Assembly (NCBI RefSeq): GCF_964204645.1
Contig: NC_134036.1
Coordinates: 434,001 to 498,000 of the forward strand
Reading direction: 5' to 3'
Length of the DNA: 64,000 bases
Source: Tubulanus polymorphus
Taxonomy: Eukaryota > Animalia > Nemertea
The notes below the pieces were generated by a model that was not told the DNA's origin, did no database searches, and saw only the letters and a list, made by a program, of their open reading frames with translations. How positions within the stretch are numbered: the first letter of the stretch is position 1; each line of letters begins with the position of its first letter. The translations under genes and the position numbers were made by a program. Of this stretch, positions 24,375 through 37,844 are shown in pieces.

Positions 24375-27300
24375 GTGTTTGGCAAATTTCTTGATGATTG
24401 TGTGCGTGGTTTTTTTTTGATAAAGAAGTATCCGAATTTACGAAGATTTTGGCGGCAAAAATCTTTGATTTTGATTTAACAAATATGTCGTATTAATAAA
24501 GCCATTTAGTCGTTCGGGGTCAAATTTCGCTCCTATTTAAATGCCGGGTTTGGTTAATGAAACAAAATCCTTTCTTCTCTGGATCACTTCTCTGGAGCCC
24601 CGGAGAAGAGGCGGTCTATAGGATGAATTATTGTGGGTCTGACAGTAATTTCTAAAGCCGACCTTTTTCTATTGGAGTTGGAATTCGTTGACAATGAACC
24701 TCTGAGGTGATGCAGAGGGATGAATGTCAATGCATTGTTTGTAAATTCTCAAAGTTGTAGAAGGCTTTTGACTGTATTAGTGTTTATGGATGTTCCACGG
24801 GAAGAACTATGTTCTAGCAGTTGGCTATAGGGAGTTTAATACTCAATGTGGATAGTGGATAGTGGATTATAGCTACAGATTTTTGGAAGGATTATATCTG
24901 ATCTTATGATGGTAAATCATGCTTTGCCGAGTTCAATTTTATCAAATGCATTTATAGGATAGACAGTAGTTAGCATGTTTGTAGTATAGGATGCTTTGAA
25001 ACTTGATTAATCCATGTTTGAAGTAAACTAGTGTTCTGAGGCGCCGGTTGATAAGAAGATATCTCATAGAGTTCATATTAAATGGTATAGATATATAGAT
25101 ATTTATTATGATATTCATAATGATATTGATATTTTACTAATTGAAAAGTGAGATTATCTCTCATTTAAGATAAACGACACCTTGGTTAGTATAAACTGTA
25201 GTATCTTAGTTTCCAATAACAATTCACACTTCTAATTAAAATCTGTTTAATCCAAGTTACTCTATTCACTAAACAATGTGAAGGTATTTTTGATAGTAGC
25301 TCCACACTGATGTTCAGGTCAAGGTGATGACTATAGAAGTGATGACCTAGTTTCAGATCTCAGCTATAAAATGCCTCCCGGTTTTTTTCTTTGTGAATAG
25401 GTCTATTCTATTCCCATTCACGTTAAAAAGCCAATGATCTCAAATATTTATATGAAGCCTCCAGTCATCTCCACAATTCGACGATTGTTTATTTTTTTGC
25501 TCAGTCATGAAGCGTCATCTATCTATTGTTCGCGGGTGGCAGTTACGAGGATGAGTTAATATATGGCCATTAAAGCCAATAATGATTAACACAGGTTTTT
25601 TTTATGGCCCCGCATGAGGAACAGGTGAAACCCTACCAGGCAACTGCACCGGGATTTTTTTTTAAATTCCTTTTACTCAATCTTCATATGATTAAGATCT
25701 TCTAAACGTTCATATGTTTCTAGTTGAAATCTAGCAATACGCTTTCATCACTTGATATCTAAGAATCTGTGACAGATGGTTTTTGGGTTCTTTGTTAATG
25801 CGAAGGATTTTTAGATTTCCTACTAAATTTCTCTTTTCTTAGTTTTCTAATACAATAACGTTGTTCTATTTAATGTATTAAACAAACCAGAAATAATTCA
25901 TTATCACAGCTATCAATTTATACAGTTATTGAATGTTCAGCCACCTGTAGCCTCTTCAACTATTGTCACCCTGAACCCCCCTCAGTGAGAGGGTTCTTTA
26001 TGTCTGTTACATAATTATAGATAAGAGAAATTGACAGTCTCCGGTATAATCTGCTGTCTGACCACCATTGCTTGTTTCTGACCAAATGTTCTCGAAAACT
26101 CTGATTCAAAATTCACCCCCATTTTAGGAAAAAACTGCAGTGGAGCCTTCAGGCAATGAAGCAATATTTCACTGAGATACGTTTATATTCAATGTAAGTA
26201 AATTAGGCTAAGAACAGAAAATGGTAATGTTGATTTACTGACCCAATGTGGGCAATATTTAAAAGATACTAACAGGTTTTCTTGCATAGAATAAAACTCC
26301 TCTTTCCAATCTCCAACCGTCGCTAAAAGATTTTTGTAAAAAGTTAGTTGGTAAATGTTTAAGCCTATATTCAATGGCTGTTGATGATATTCAGTAAAAT
26401 CTTGTGATGTCTTTGAATTTCTGTTGCTTGTTTGAGAATCATATTGTTGATAAAGTGAGACCTTGTGCGCAAACAACGTAATTAATCCATCACAAAGGAA
26501 TGGTATAATGGTTGTAAACAGTACACGGTAATTAACATCAATTATATATCTGTACATTATCATTAGAATGGTAATTACTATTAATTAATATCAGTTAATT
26601 ATTGAGATGAAGAGTGAGTACACATCCTTAGAATAGATATGTGATCAGGAATCAGTATATAATGTTTAAACAGATCAGACATCTCACACAGTCACATGTC
26701 AAGTGCGTCCTGATATATAAACCATCAGTTCTGACATATTCATTGACAGTTTGATCTGACAGACATCGTCAGGCAGTTTTACAGATTCATATTTATTATC
26801 TATTTCACCGTGTGCTCTGCGTGGATATATATATATATTCAAATATTTAAAGGTAAGAATTTCTCTGTTTGAAAATGCGGTAAATCTTTCACCGGTGACA
26901 AGTTAATCCTCAGATATTGTTGCGTGAGGTGCTAATTTGTGGCTTGTCTCGTCGTAGGAATTTAGGGAATTTTCACCTCGAGACGCGTGATCGCGTATGT
27001 TATGAGAATCACACGAGAAATTTCGGTTAGAAAACACGTTATTTAAAAGTCGTTTATACCGACTCCGCGAAACTTAGGGGGGTGTATTGTCTGGAAGGAA
27101 AGTCAATACGCTGCGTTAGACTCAGGGCTGTGAACTTTATAAATGTTTTCCCAGAATTTCCATGTTTTGTATAAAACTCAAAACCACTCGTTAAGATTCA
27201 TTCATTACTGTATTGTCTATAGCGATTAGGGTTCAATACGCCCCCTACAGGCTGTTTACTAAACCATATCTAATGCGTCGGTACCCCCCCCCCCCCCCCC

Positions 27301-28202
27301 GCTGTTTGACTATATGACCAGTACTTTCGCTCACACATGCGACAGACCTTCCGACAGTAAGGTAACGTTTCTTGATTGTCTGATGAATTCGATTCTAAGT
27401 CAACAGTAGCTTTCTTCTTTTATACTCTAATTCTAACTTTACAAATCTGAAATCGTATGTGGGTCTGATTATTTTAACTAGAATGTTTGAACCTATAGGA
27501 TTAACACAAGGAGTATGGTACCTGTACGCTATTTAGTACTATTAAGCACTATTGAGTTTAAGGTTAACAGTTATTATTCTCGATCTTTTCTCTCGTCGAT
27601 TGTATAGATTTCATCCGTCTATTGTTGCTCCGTTTCTATAGAGATTACAATAAAGTGGTAGTAAATCTTCAGCAGCGGGACCCAGCGTCTTAGAACGGGG
27701 TGTAATAAAATATGAACATTCTCCCGTACAGGTTTCGATGATAGCCGGTGCATTTAAAAGGTTCTCAGTCTCGGGTCATTGTAAGATTGAACAATTAGAA
27801 TTAAATTGTAAAAGAGTTTTAAATTTTGAACCATGGTGTGTGTGATGAAGGTTGTATAACATATACAACACCATATGATGGAATGAATTGTAATGTTTGT
27901 CTGAGAATAAGAACTACTGAATGCGAACTCTTTGTCAATATTATGAATGCGATAAGCACATTGATAAGTCTGGATGTTGACAATGCGTATTGATAAGTGA
28001 TGAATATATATGCGAGATGTTATTTGGTAGTCTTATCACTTGAAGCCACTCATGTCAAGGTTGTCTATACCGGTAATACTAAGCTGCTTATAGACCGAGT
28101 AATATTCAGTGAAATCTTTCTGTTTTATTCCTATTTTAATGCTTGTTGTTTCTAATGGTTGTTTCTCTTGTTTCGTGTTTTTGCCTCTAGGTGTGAGCTG
28201 AA

Positions 28203-31200
28203 ATGCCAGTATTAAAAATGGACCCAGGAACGAGTATAAACTTTGACGGTCAGGCGATTCAGGAGCAGGACGAGGAGGACCTCCGTCGCGAGGAACAGGA
28301 ACAACAAAATGAGGTAACTGTCACCAGGGGGCGCTAGGCATACAGCTGCTAGGTTTTATAGGGTTTATGGTCATCAGGGGCCTCTATGTTTGGTGCGAAT
28401 AATTGTCACCAGGGGGCACTAGCCGAGTAGAAGTAACACTTTATAAACTGATTTCTGTTTTTGTTTCTAGTTGAAGCAATTGTTGGCGAACGCGTTCGAT
28501 GATTTAATAGATGATGATGATGATGACGACGATGATGATACAACATCTGTATCGTCACGGGAACTATCTCGTAACTCCTCCTACAGCGCTGTCAATCAAT
28601 CTCAGTAAGTTTCTAATCGACGTCATGATTTGTCATGAATTTAACAAGAATATATTCAATAATTGTTTGTTTTTGTTTATGCAGGTTTGATGATCACATG
28701 ACTCAATCTCAGAACTCTCAATCTCGATCTCCCCAACATCAGCAGCAACAGCAGCAGCAGCATCTGTCACCGCATTCTCATAACTATCCTAACAATGATC
28801 ACCCTGACGACCAGCAACAATGGAATCAACACGCCGCGTATACATCGCCGTACGGTCAACACGGAGAATATAACTACCAGATTCCACCACCAGAGGGAGC
28901 TTATCATTACCAGACTCATAACGGTTCTCCACACGGCCACATGGGGTCGCCACATGACCAACATTATTACAACCACCCGCAATACAACAATCCTCATTAC
29001 GGGGGTTATTACGCCAATGGTTACCACGGAGATGCGGGACAATACATGGACGATTATCAACATTTTCACCAGTATTCCGACCAACATCCGGATTACGCTA
29101 ATTCTCAGGATTATCCTCATCCGACAGTTGCTAATCCTCAGGATTATCATAATCCGCATCTATCTCCGGGTCAACAAAACGGATTATCGCCGCATTACGA
29201 TCGCTCGCCGCAGTTGTCACCTCGTCTCGCAGGGAATTCTCAGCAGATGTCGCCAACGTCGGTGAATAACGGACTCGACGGGTATAAAGTACGTTATAAG
29301 AAGGTCGTCGCGACGGAACAATCGTCCAATCAGAATACAGATTCAGAGTCACATGATCACGGTAATCGCTCTGAACCGGAAAATAAACAATTTCACGAAC
29401 AGAGTAAGTTGAAAACTTTTGAGAAATGAATCCCAAATTCAAGGGTTGCAGTTAATGAAAAGATATTGATGAATGTTGTTTTAATTTCAGCCGGTTCGCC
29501 AGATTCACGGCAACACGCGCAATTACAGATATTATATCGAGCTCGCGGACGTCAAATAGAAGAATTAACGCAAGAGATGAACGCGTTGAAGGAGGAAAGC
29601 GCTCGGGAACATCGGTTACTGAAACACAAACTCGCGCTCGCCGAGGGAGATAAAGAAGGTCTTACGTCCAGTCTGGAACAGGTTCAGAAAGTCATCTTAC
29701 AAACGCAGGAGGAAAGTTCGCACCTGAGAACTTCGCTGCAATCGTTGAACAATGAAATTGTGTCGCTTACGAAGGATAAAGAAGAGGTTTGTTTAACTCA
29801 AACAATCAAACAACTAGGACCCAGTTCCACAGTTCCAACAACTCTGAGTTAAAGTTCGTTCATTTTCAATGAGTTAACTCAGAGTCAAATCTTAACTCGG
29901 AACTGTGGAACTGGACCCTAGAAGTTTGAAAAACTGTGGTTGGAAATTAATATCCTGCTTTATTAAATGCATATGTTCACTTTTAAAAATGCCCTGATCT
30001 GAACAAGACCTGATATGGCTGCTTTGCAGCTATATTTATTAACATAAATGCTTTTCTCTGATTGTCGATGATGCAGAAGTTGCATAAACCTGATGTAGCT
30101 GCTTTGCTGCTATATTTATTATCATAAATGTTTTCACTGTAGTTGATGCAGAAGTTGCATAAACCTGATATGGCTGCTTTGCTGCTATATTTATTATCAT
30201 AAATGTTTTTCACTGTAGTTGATGCAGAAGTTGCATAAACCTGATATCGCTGCTTTGCTGCTATATTTATTATCGTAAATGTTTTTCTGTGTAGTTGATG
30301 CAGAAGTTGCAGACGGCTGAAACTACGATCGAATCGTTGAATAAACAATTACTGAGCGTCGGCACGAGCGACACGTTGTCGCGAACGAGATCTCAACACA
30401 ATACGATGTTAGCCACGCTGCAACAGAAATACGAAAAAGAACTTTATCACATGAAAGAGAAATTTGACGACGCGAACAAATCAGTCGAAGAAAAGGTTTG
30501 TTTTTCGAAAACCGACGACGAGTTTATTATCTATTCTATAGAAACCTCATCTTAATCTTTGTCTTATTTTCTGAAACGTAGAGAGAAGAAATTAAGAGTC
30601 TTCGTCAACAATTGGAAACGGTGATTAAATCGTCAGAGGGCGCTAGCGTCGAGCGGGCGGAAACGATGAACCGATTGACGAAGAGTCTCGAGGAAAGTCA
30701 AATGAAATGTCAACGACTGCTGGAAGCCGGTAAGTTTTTAAAGAAATAACTTAATGAAAATTTAGTGTAGCCAGTGAACTAATTTGCTGTGAATTATTTT
30801 CTGTATTTTAGGGGCGTGTGACGAACAGAATCAACTGCGGTTACAAATACAACAATTAAAAGCGTCTAAAGTTTTAACCGATGATCTCTGCGAGGATCTG
30901 CAATCGGAACTCACCGGTTTAAAAGAGCAGTTGAACATGTACGAATCGGCTTCCAGTTACCTCGGCAACACGTTCAACAATCCGTCGTCGTGCCAACCGT
31001 GCGGAGACGATTCGTTCATCGCGTTGAATATCAAAGGTACGAATAACAACAACGATAGCGCCACCTATAATCAAAACGCGTTGACGTCGATCGGACTGAA
31101 ATCTGAATTAGAACAATGTTTACGAAACTACAAGAATAAACAGGATCATGTGACGCGCGTGCAGACGGAGCTGAGATCGGTTAAACAGGAACTAGTCGAA

Positions 31201-34200
31201 ACCAGGAAGAAAATCACCGCCTCCGAGACCCTTATCGACGAATTCAAGGTATTGTTACAGTTACTATAGTAACCAGATTGACAATATCTCATCGAACGAA
31301 TTTATCATTTCTCATCGTTTTATTTTATTTTTAGTCTCAAATGAAAGCGTTACAAACTAAACTGACAACGTATGAATCGGGTAGTAACGCCCCCACGCAG
31401 CGAGAACTCGAACTACAACGAGATCTTGACGAGGTTATCGCAGAACGAGAGAAAGTGGAATCGGAGCTAGCTGACGTGCAGCGCCGCCTGGAGGAAGTAG
31501 CGAGCAACGAAGAGAAATTGAACGATATCAACGCGGAACTGGCGACGCAACTTTCACAAGTTTTCAAAGATTTTGATGTCAACAAACAACAAGAGGTTGA
31601 AAGGTAAGAAAAAAGGCTGATTTATGTTAAACTCAATGAAGTTTTGGCAGTAAATTGAAAGTTTTCGGATAATGTTTTGGTTGGTGTTTTTTAGTTATCA
31701 GAGAGTGATTCAGCAACATTACGAAGATGCTCGCGATCGCCTCCAGGAGGAGCTGATGACGAACTTTCAAAACGAGCGTGTTAAACTCATTCAGACGTTT
31801 GAAGGTCAACTTGAGGAAACAAAGTACGTTAACCTTAAGAATTCTTCGAGTATCATCATGAACTTTGAATCAGAAAAATTAGGGAAAACTTTGGCAATTA
31901 GACAAATTTTTATAAAAAATTTAGAAAACTTAGGGAGTTGGGACATGGAATTGACCGTGTGGTTCTTAATGATTGTGCAATTCATGAAAAATGAATTAAT
32001 TATTACATTTTAAACCCATGAAATTCACCATCACTTGCTGCAGATTTATTAGGGGAATTTTCCATGAACTCAGGGAATTTGTAAATGGGGGTAAAGTGTA
32101 TCAGTGTCGGGGTTTTCTCATGTTAATTCATTTTTATTTGTAGAAGAGAATTAGATATGAGAGTAAAAGAGTTGTGCGAAGTGAAAGAGATGTACATGTG
32201 CGTTTGTAAGGAGAAAGACGAAACTGAGGAAAGAGTTAAAACAGAATGTGAGGAAAACTACGAAAAACAACTGAAAGAGGTTCGTAAAAAATTCCGAGAA
32301 AATCCTCGCGTTTCGATTTTTAATTCACTAGAATCGTTTAAAAATAACGGTCGCGTTTGTTACAGATGAAAAATAAACTGCGTTCCGAACACGACGCGAA
32401 CGTCGATAATCTACGCAAATCGTTGGAAGAGAGCCAACAGGTTGCCATGGTTTCGCTGAAATCTCGCTGGCAGAAAGAGCAAGCGGAAGATACCAAGCGT
32501 AAAGTCGAGGCCGAGGTAGGGATTTGGAAATTTGAATATTTTGATTTGACTTCGAAAGCGATTGAGTAATAGTCGATTGGATTTAATACCGATGTATTCA
32601 TCTACCTAAAGGTGGCGTTGGCGAAGTCGTCTTGGTTCGACGAACACAAAGAAGACAAACAGAAAGCAGTTGAATCAGCGATGAAGAAAAAAGACAACGA
32701 ATGGCAGCTTCGAATGAGGACGGAATTCGAAGATAAACTTGATTCTCGTTTAGCAGAAGGTAACAAATTACACATTCAAACATTGACCTGAATGTAGTAA
32801 ATGATTAGATTTATAATTATGATAATAATATTGATAATTATGATAATAATTTGATTAATTTGTGAAGTGCCCCCTTGAGGTATAACCATGCTTGATAAAC
32901 TTGCCCGCCTGTTGTGTTCTCTAATGAAATGTGTATATTCTAAATTTGTTCCGTAGAAAAAGAACGATGGCTGACCGAGCAGCAGACGACTATCGAAGAG
33001 ACGGTTAAACGACAGACGGACGCCGAACGTGCGAAACTGGAGAAACGCTACGAAACGAACGTCGCCAATCTCGAGAAAGAATTCAAACAGAAAACGAACT
33101 CGACCGTCGAACAAGCCGTTCAAAAAGCGAAATCCGATTGGTTGAAATCTCGCGAAGAACAAAACAAAGCGTTCGAGGAACAGCGCGTGAGAACGAAGAA
33201 AGACGTCGAACTTGCCGTCGCCGAGGCCAAACAACAATGGCAGGTAACTAAGCAACAAGAGATCGATAATGCGGTGAAAGAAGCCAAGCGAACGGAAGGT
33301 GAGGATTTACGGAAGAAATACGAACAGAAGATAAATTCGTTGAACGAAGAGATTAGTAATTTAACGAAAACGAAACACGGTTTGGAACACGAGCTGAACG
33401 TTGCTAAACTGGCGTGGGGCGACGAGAAACGTACGCTCGTTACTTTAAAATCGATAGAATTATCCGCGCTGAAAGAGAGCAAGGAACGTCTCGAGAACGA
33501 CGTCGAATCGTTGACCGCTCAGTTGCGCGCGGAAAAAGAAAAAATGGCCGAATTGGCGCAACGTTTCGAACAGGAGAAATCGCTGGCGAATTTCGAAAAG
33601 GAAAACGCGGAGGTTTGCGGTCAGAAAGAGGTGGCGCTGCGTGCGCGTAGCGAACAAACGATTCGTCAGTTACAGACGGAACTTCACTCGATGCAGACGA
33701 AGATCTGCGAAGCGCAGACGGACGTCGAATCGGCGCGGGAACACGTTAAAATGGTCGACGACGAAAAGCGTAAAGTCGTCGCCGAGATCGAGATATTGAA
33801 ACAAGAACGACACGAGATGAACGCGAAGGTCGACGAAGAGAGGCAGAGGTTCAACAACGAGATTGAGAAACTGAGTCTCGAGCGCGATCGGCTGAAATCA
33901 GCGGCAGATGCGGCTACGAAAGGAAGCAAAGATCTCGAAGCGGAGAAAGAGAAATTAGAAACAGAAGTGAATAGAATTAATGAGAAATGGTTGAAAAAGG
34001 TAAATAAATACATTCCTCAGTTGTGAGCTAGAGTTTACTCAGAGTCAAACTCACAGCTAGAGAACTGGGTCCAGTTAGTCAAACTGTAAAACTAGCTATG
34101 AAAACTGTTCTATTTCAAATGTAATGGTTCCTCAGTTAGGAGTTAAAGTTTACTCAGAGTCAAACTCACAACTAGAGAACTGGGTCCAGTAAAACTAGCT

Positions 34201-37200
34201 ATTAAAACTTTTTTTTCAAATTTATTTATTTTCCTGTTGTTTTTCCGATTCAGTTTGAAGAGGTCACCAAAGAGAAGGACGTCGAGAAGAAGCGCGTGAT
34301 TGACGCTACTGTCGATGACCACCAGAGGGTGCTGAAACACCTGGTCGACGAACACAACGAAGCGTTGAAATCTGCGCGCGAGCAATATCAGAAAGAGAGA
34401 GTAAGTGAATCTCTTGAGTAGAAAATATTTCACAAAGTTCTTGCGATACTGGTATTTTATCAGAGTGGCACCCGCTGACCTGAAAAACTCAGGGAATCAG
34501 AAAAATCTAGAAATAATCAGTGAATTTTATTAATTTTACCAAAATCCTGGAAAACTCGTGGAATTCTGATAACGCCATTGACAATCGATATAAAATAAAT
34601 GAATGGTAGGATTTGAAACTTAGAAATTTCTCAGAATCACTAGAATTTTGTGTATTTACATCGAATACTCGCGGAATTGGTAAATGGGTGGAAAGTGGCG
34701 CCACCTTGTTTGTTGAGCAGGGTTTTATAGAATGATGATAATTATATCGGGGATATTTTTAAAATATTGGTTTTACAGGTAAAACTCATCGAACAGCACG
34801 AAGCTGAAATAACGCGAATGAGATCTGACAGTAACGCCCTCATGGAGAGTTTCATTAACAACAAGAACGAACGAATTCTACTGCGTAACCTCGAGGAACA
34901 GTACAACAATGTAAGCAGTTTGTATTTGAAAAATTGAAATTCTGATCAAAGGTTTTGTTCGTGTTATTTAGAGTTTGATCTGAACGCAAAAAGGTTTATT
35001 TTATCAATTGATTTTCATATTGAATTGATAACCTTTCGCTTTTTAATTAAATTCAATGTTGATAACGTTAAACCTTTTTCAGATTTTCAACTTATTTGTT
35101 TAGATATAATATTTTCACGATTAATACGAGGTATTTAATTTCGATTTTGTCCTACGTATTGCAGGAACGAGAGGAATCGATGAAACAATGGGAGGAAAAA
35201 CTGGAACACGAGAAAGAGAAATACGAATATCAGAAACAACAGATACAGAAATCATACGAACAACGAATACAGGACATCATACAGGATCGTGAGAACGTGA
35301 AGGACGCCCTCGCTGAGGCGAAACATGAGGTATGAAATATCAGATATATCAATATCATACTCTCGGAGATATCTGAGATTTCAATATCGATGCTTATTTC
35401 AACGTTTTTAACTTTTTTCAGATCGGTAAATTCAACGATTGGAAACGCGAAAAAGAAGAATTAGAACGAGAACTAGCTAATCGCGATCAGCTGCTTGGCA
35501 ACGCGGATCGCCACCTGGAGGCTGAAGTCGATAAACTACGACGCGATCTCGAACAGAAACACGAGGAACGCTTGAAAACTAAGATCGAATCCGTCTGCGC
35601 GAAATACGAGAAAGAATACGAACGTCGTATGAATATCATCAACAATGATCGCCGTCAACGGCAACAACAATTACAAAAAGCGGAACGCGATTTACGCGAA
35701 TTCGAAGAGAAACACGACGTGTCGGTGAAGATGTACGAGGAACAGGTGAAGGTCGCGCGGAGCGAGGGAGCCGCCCGCGTCGAACAGGTTAAACTACATT
35801 TAGAAACGGAGTATAACGATATGATCGAAAGTTGCGAAAGCGAAAAGAACGATTTCGAGAATAAGTTGAAATTGTGTCAGGATCAGTTGTGTCGTCTGAG
35901 CGCCGAACGAGATCATCTAGTATCGGAACATCAGACGTGCGGAGATCAGCTGAATGAATTAATGCAACAACTATCACAATCTGAGGTAAGAGTAACAACA
36001 GCTATAAGCTGGCAGCTTCAAGCTGTACAGAATGGTAGTAGCTGACAGTTTGGGGATACATCCATAGCCATTTACCTCGAAAACTCAAAATCAGGGAATT
36101 TGACAAATTTTACCTGTCAAAACCTGGAAATCTCTGGGAATTCAGATATTGCTATTGACCGTGTGTTTCTAATCTTTATCATTCCTTGATTCAATGAAAT
36201 GTCATGGAAAAATCAGGGAAAACTTTGTAAATGGACGGAAATTGGCCACCTTGATAGCTAACAAGTTAGGGTGGTAGCTAACAAGCTAAACTGGAGGGTT
36301 GTAGTTATTCAGGAGGGTTAGTTAGCTGCTAAGCTGGTAGCTTTATTTTCAGTAAAATAACCAGAGTTTCTGTTTGATGGTGATTTTTTTAGGAGCGAAT
36401 GATGAATTTGAAACAATCACATGACGTCGACGCGGAGGCGATGAAACGTAAAATGGCGGAGATTCGCGAGAAACACGCGGTCGCGATCGAGGCGATGAGG
36501 GAACAACACGAGACCGAACTCAAACGAGCGAGCCCTGTACCAGCAGCAGCGTCGTCACAGCAACACACCGATGACGACGAGCACGTGGAGAAATGTTTCG
36601 GCGAAGAACTGAAACAGAAATATTTGGCGACGGTTGCAAATATCAGAGGTTCGTTTCATTTAAACTTTATTACAATTTAGTTTATACTCTCCGGGCTGAT
36701 TTCAGGGAATTTGAATGTTTGGTGTCTTGTTGTTCTTGCTGGTGACGAGTGACACAAGGAACCTCTTAATAAGAAACAGCCCTCACTGAGGATAGCTTGA
36801 AATTTAATCGGGGAGTTTGAATTGTTTGGTGTCTTGTTGTTCTTGCTGGTGACGAGTGACACAAGGAACCTCTTAATAAGAAACAGCCCTCACTGAGGAT
36901 AGCTTGAAATTTAATCGGGGAGTTTGAATTGTTTGTGTCTTGTTGTTCTTGCTGGTGATGAGTGACACAAGGAACCTCTTGATAAGAAGCAGCCCTCACT
37001 GAGGATATCTTATAATTTAATCAGAGAATTTTTGGTGTCTTGTTCTTGCTGGTGATGAATGATAATAAACAGCCCTCACTAAGAGGATATCTCGACCCTG
37101 TTACTGGTTACCGTCGTTAGAGAGTTAAATGTTGTTTTCTATTGTTGCAGCTGAAGTTGTGTCTCACGTCGCGTCGACCAATCGTAAATGTAGTCAAATA

Positions 37201-37795
37201 ATCCGCGAGAATCTAGAAAACGAGCGTCACTCGGCAACACGGGACGTTAAACAATCGTTTATTAGAATCTACACCGATATATTAAACGAGTTATGCACCG
37301 ACAGGTAGGTTTTATCATAACCGCCGTTTTGGAATTCAAATTCAAAAATAACTGCCAACATTGTTTAATCGAATTGTTCGATTGTTTTCAGATCGACACG
37401 CGAGAAATATCTGGTCGCCATGGAGAAAGCGATCGAATTAGAACTCGTTAAAACTAATCCGTCTCGGAGTTCGACTCCGGATCCTTCTAATCCGGTTACC
37501 CCGAAGACTCCGGCCGCGTTTAAAATGTCGACTATCGTCGTCGATAGCGTTGCTATGAAACCTGCGAGCTGCTCGGTCGCCTTACCCGACGCGACAGAAA
37601 ATTCAGCGAAGAAAATGATTAAGAATTTGAACCGGCCTTCGTCGCCGTCTGCTGGTAATACGAACTGTCCGCCATCTGCCGGGAATTCATCGTTCGGAGA
37701 AGAGTTAACTCAGTATCCGCTGCCTCCTCATTCCGATAAACCGACCAAACAGAGCGGTCAGTATCCGGTGAGGAACTTCTCACCGACCAAGAAAA

Positions 37796-37844
<49 letters not shown>

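Noticed and set aside
28767-29442. Alternative-frame and antisense ORFs over CEP152 exons (also 32776-34013 and 37619-37861)
   Set aside because: Shadows of low-complexity or coiled-coil coding sequence.
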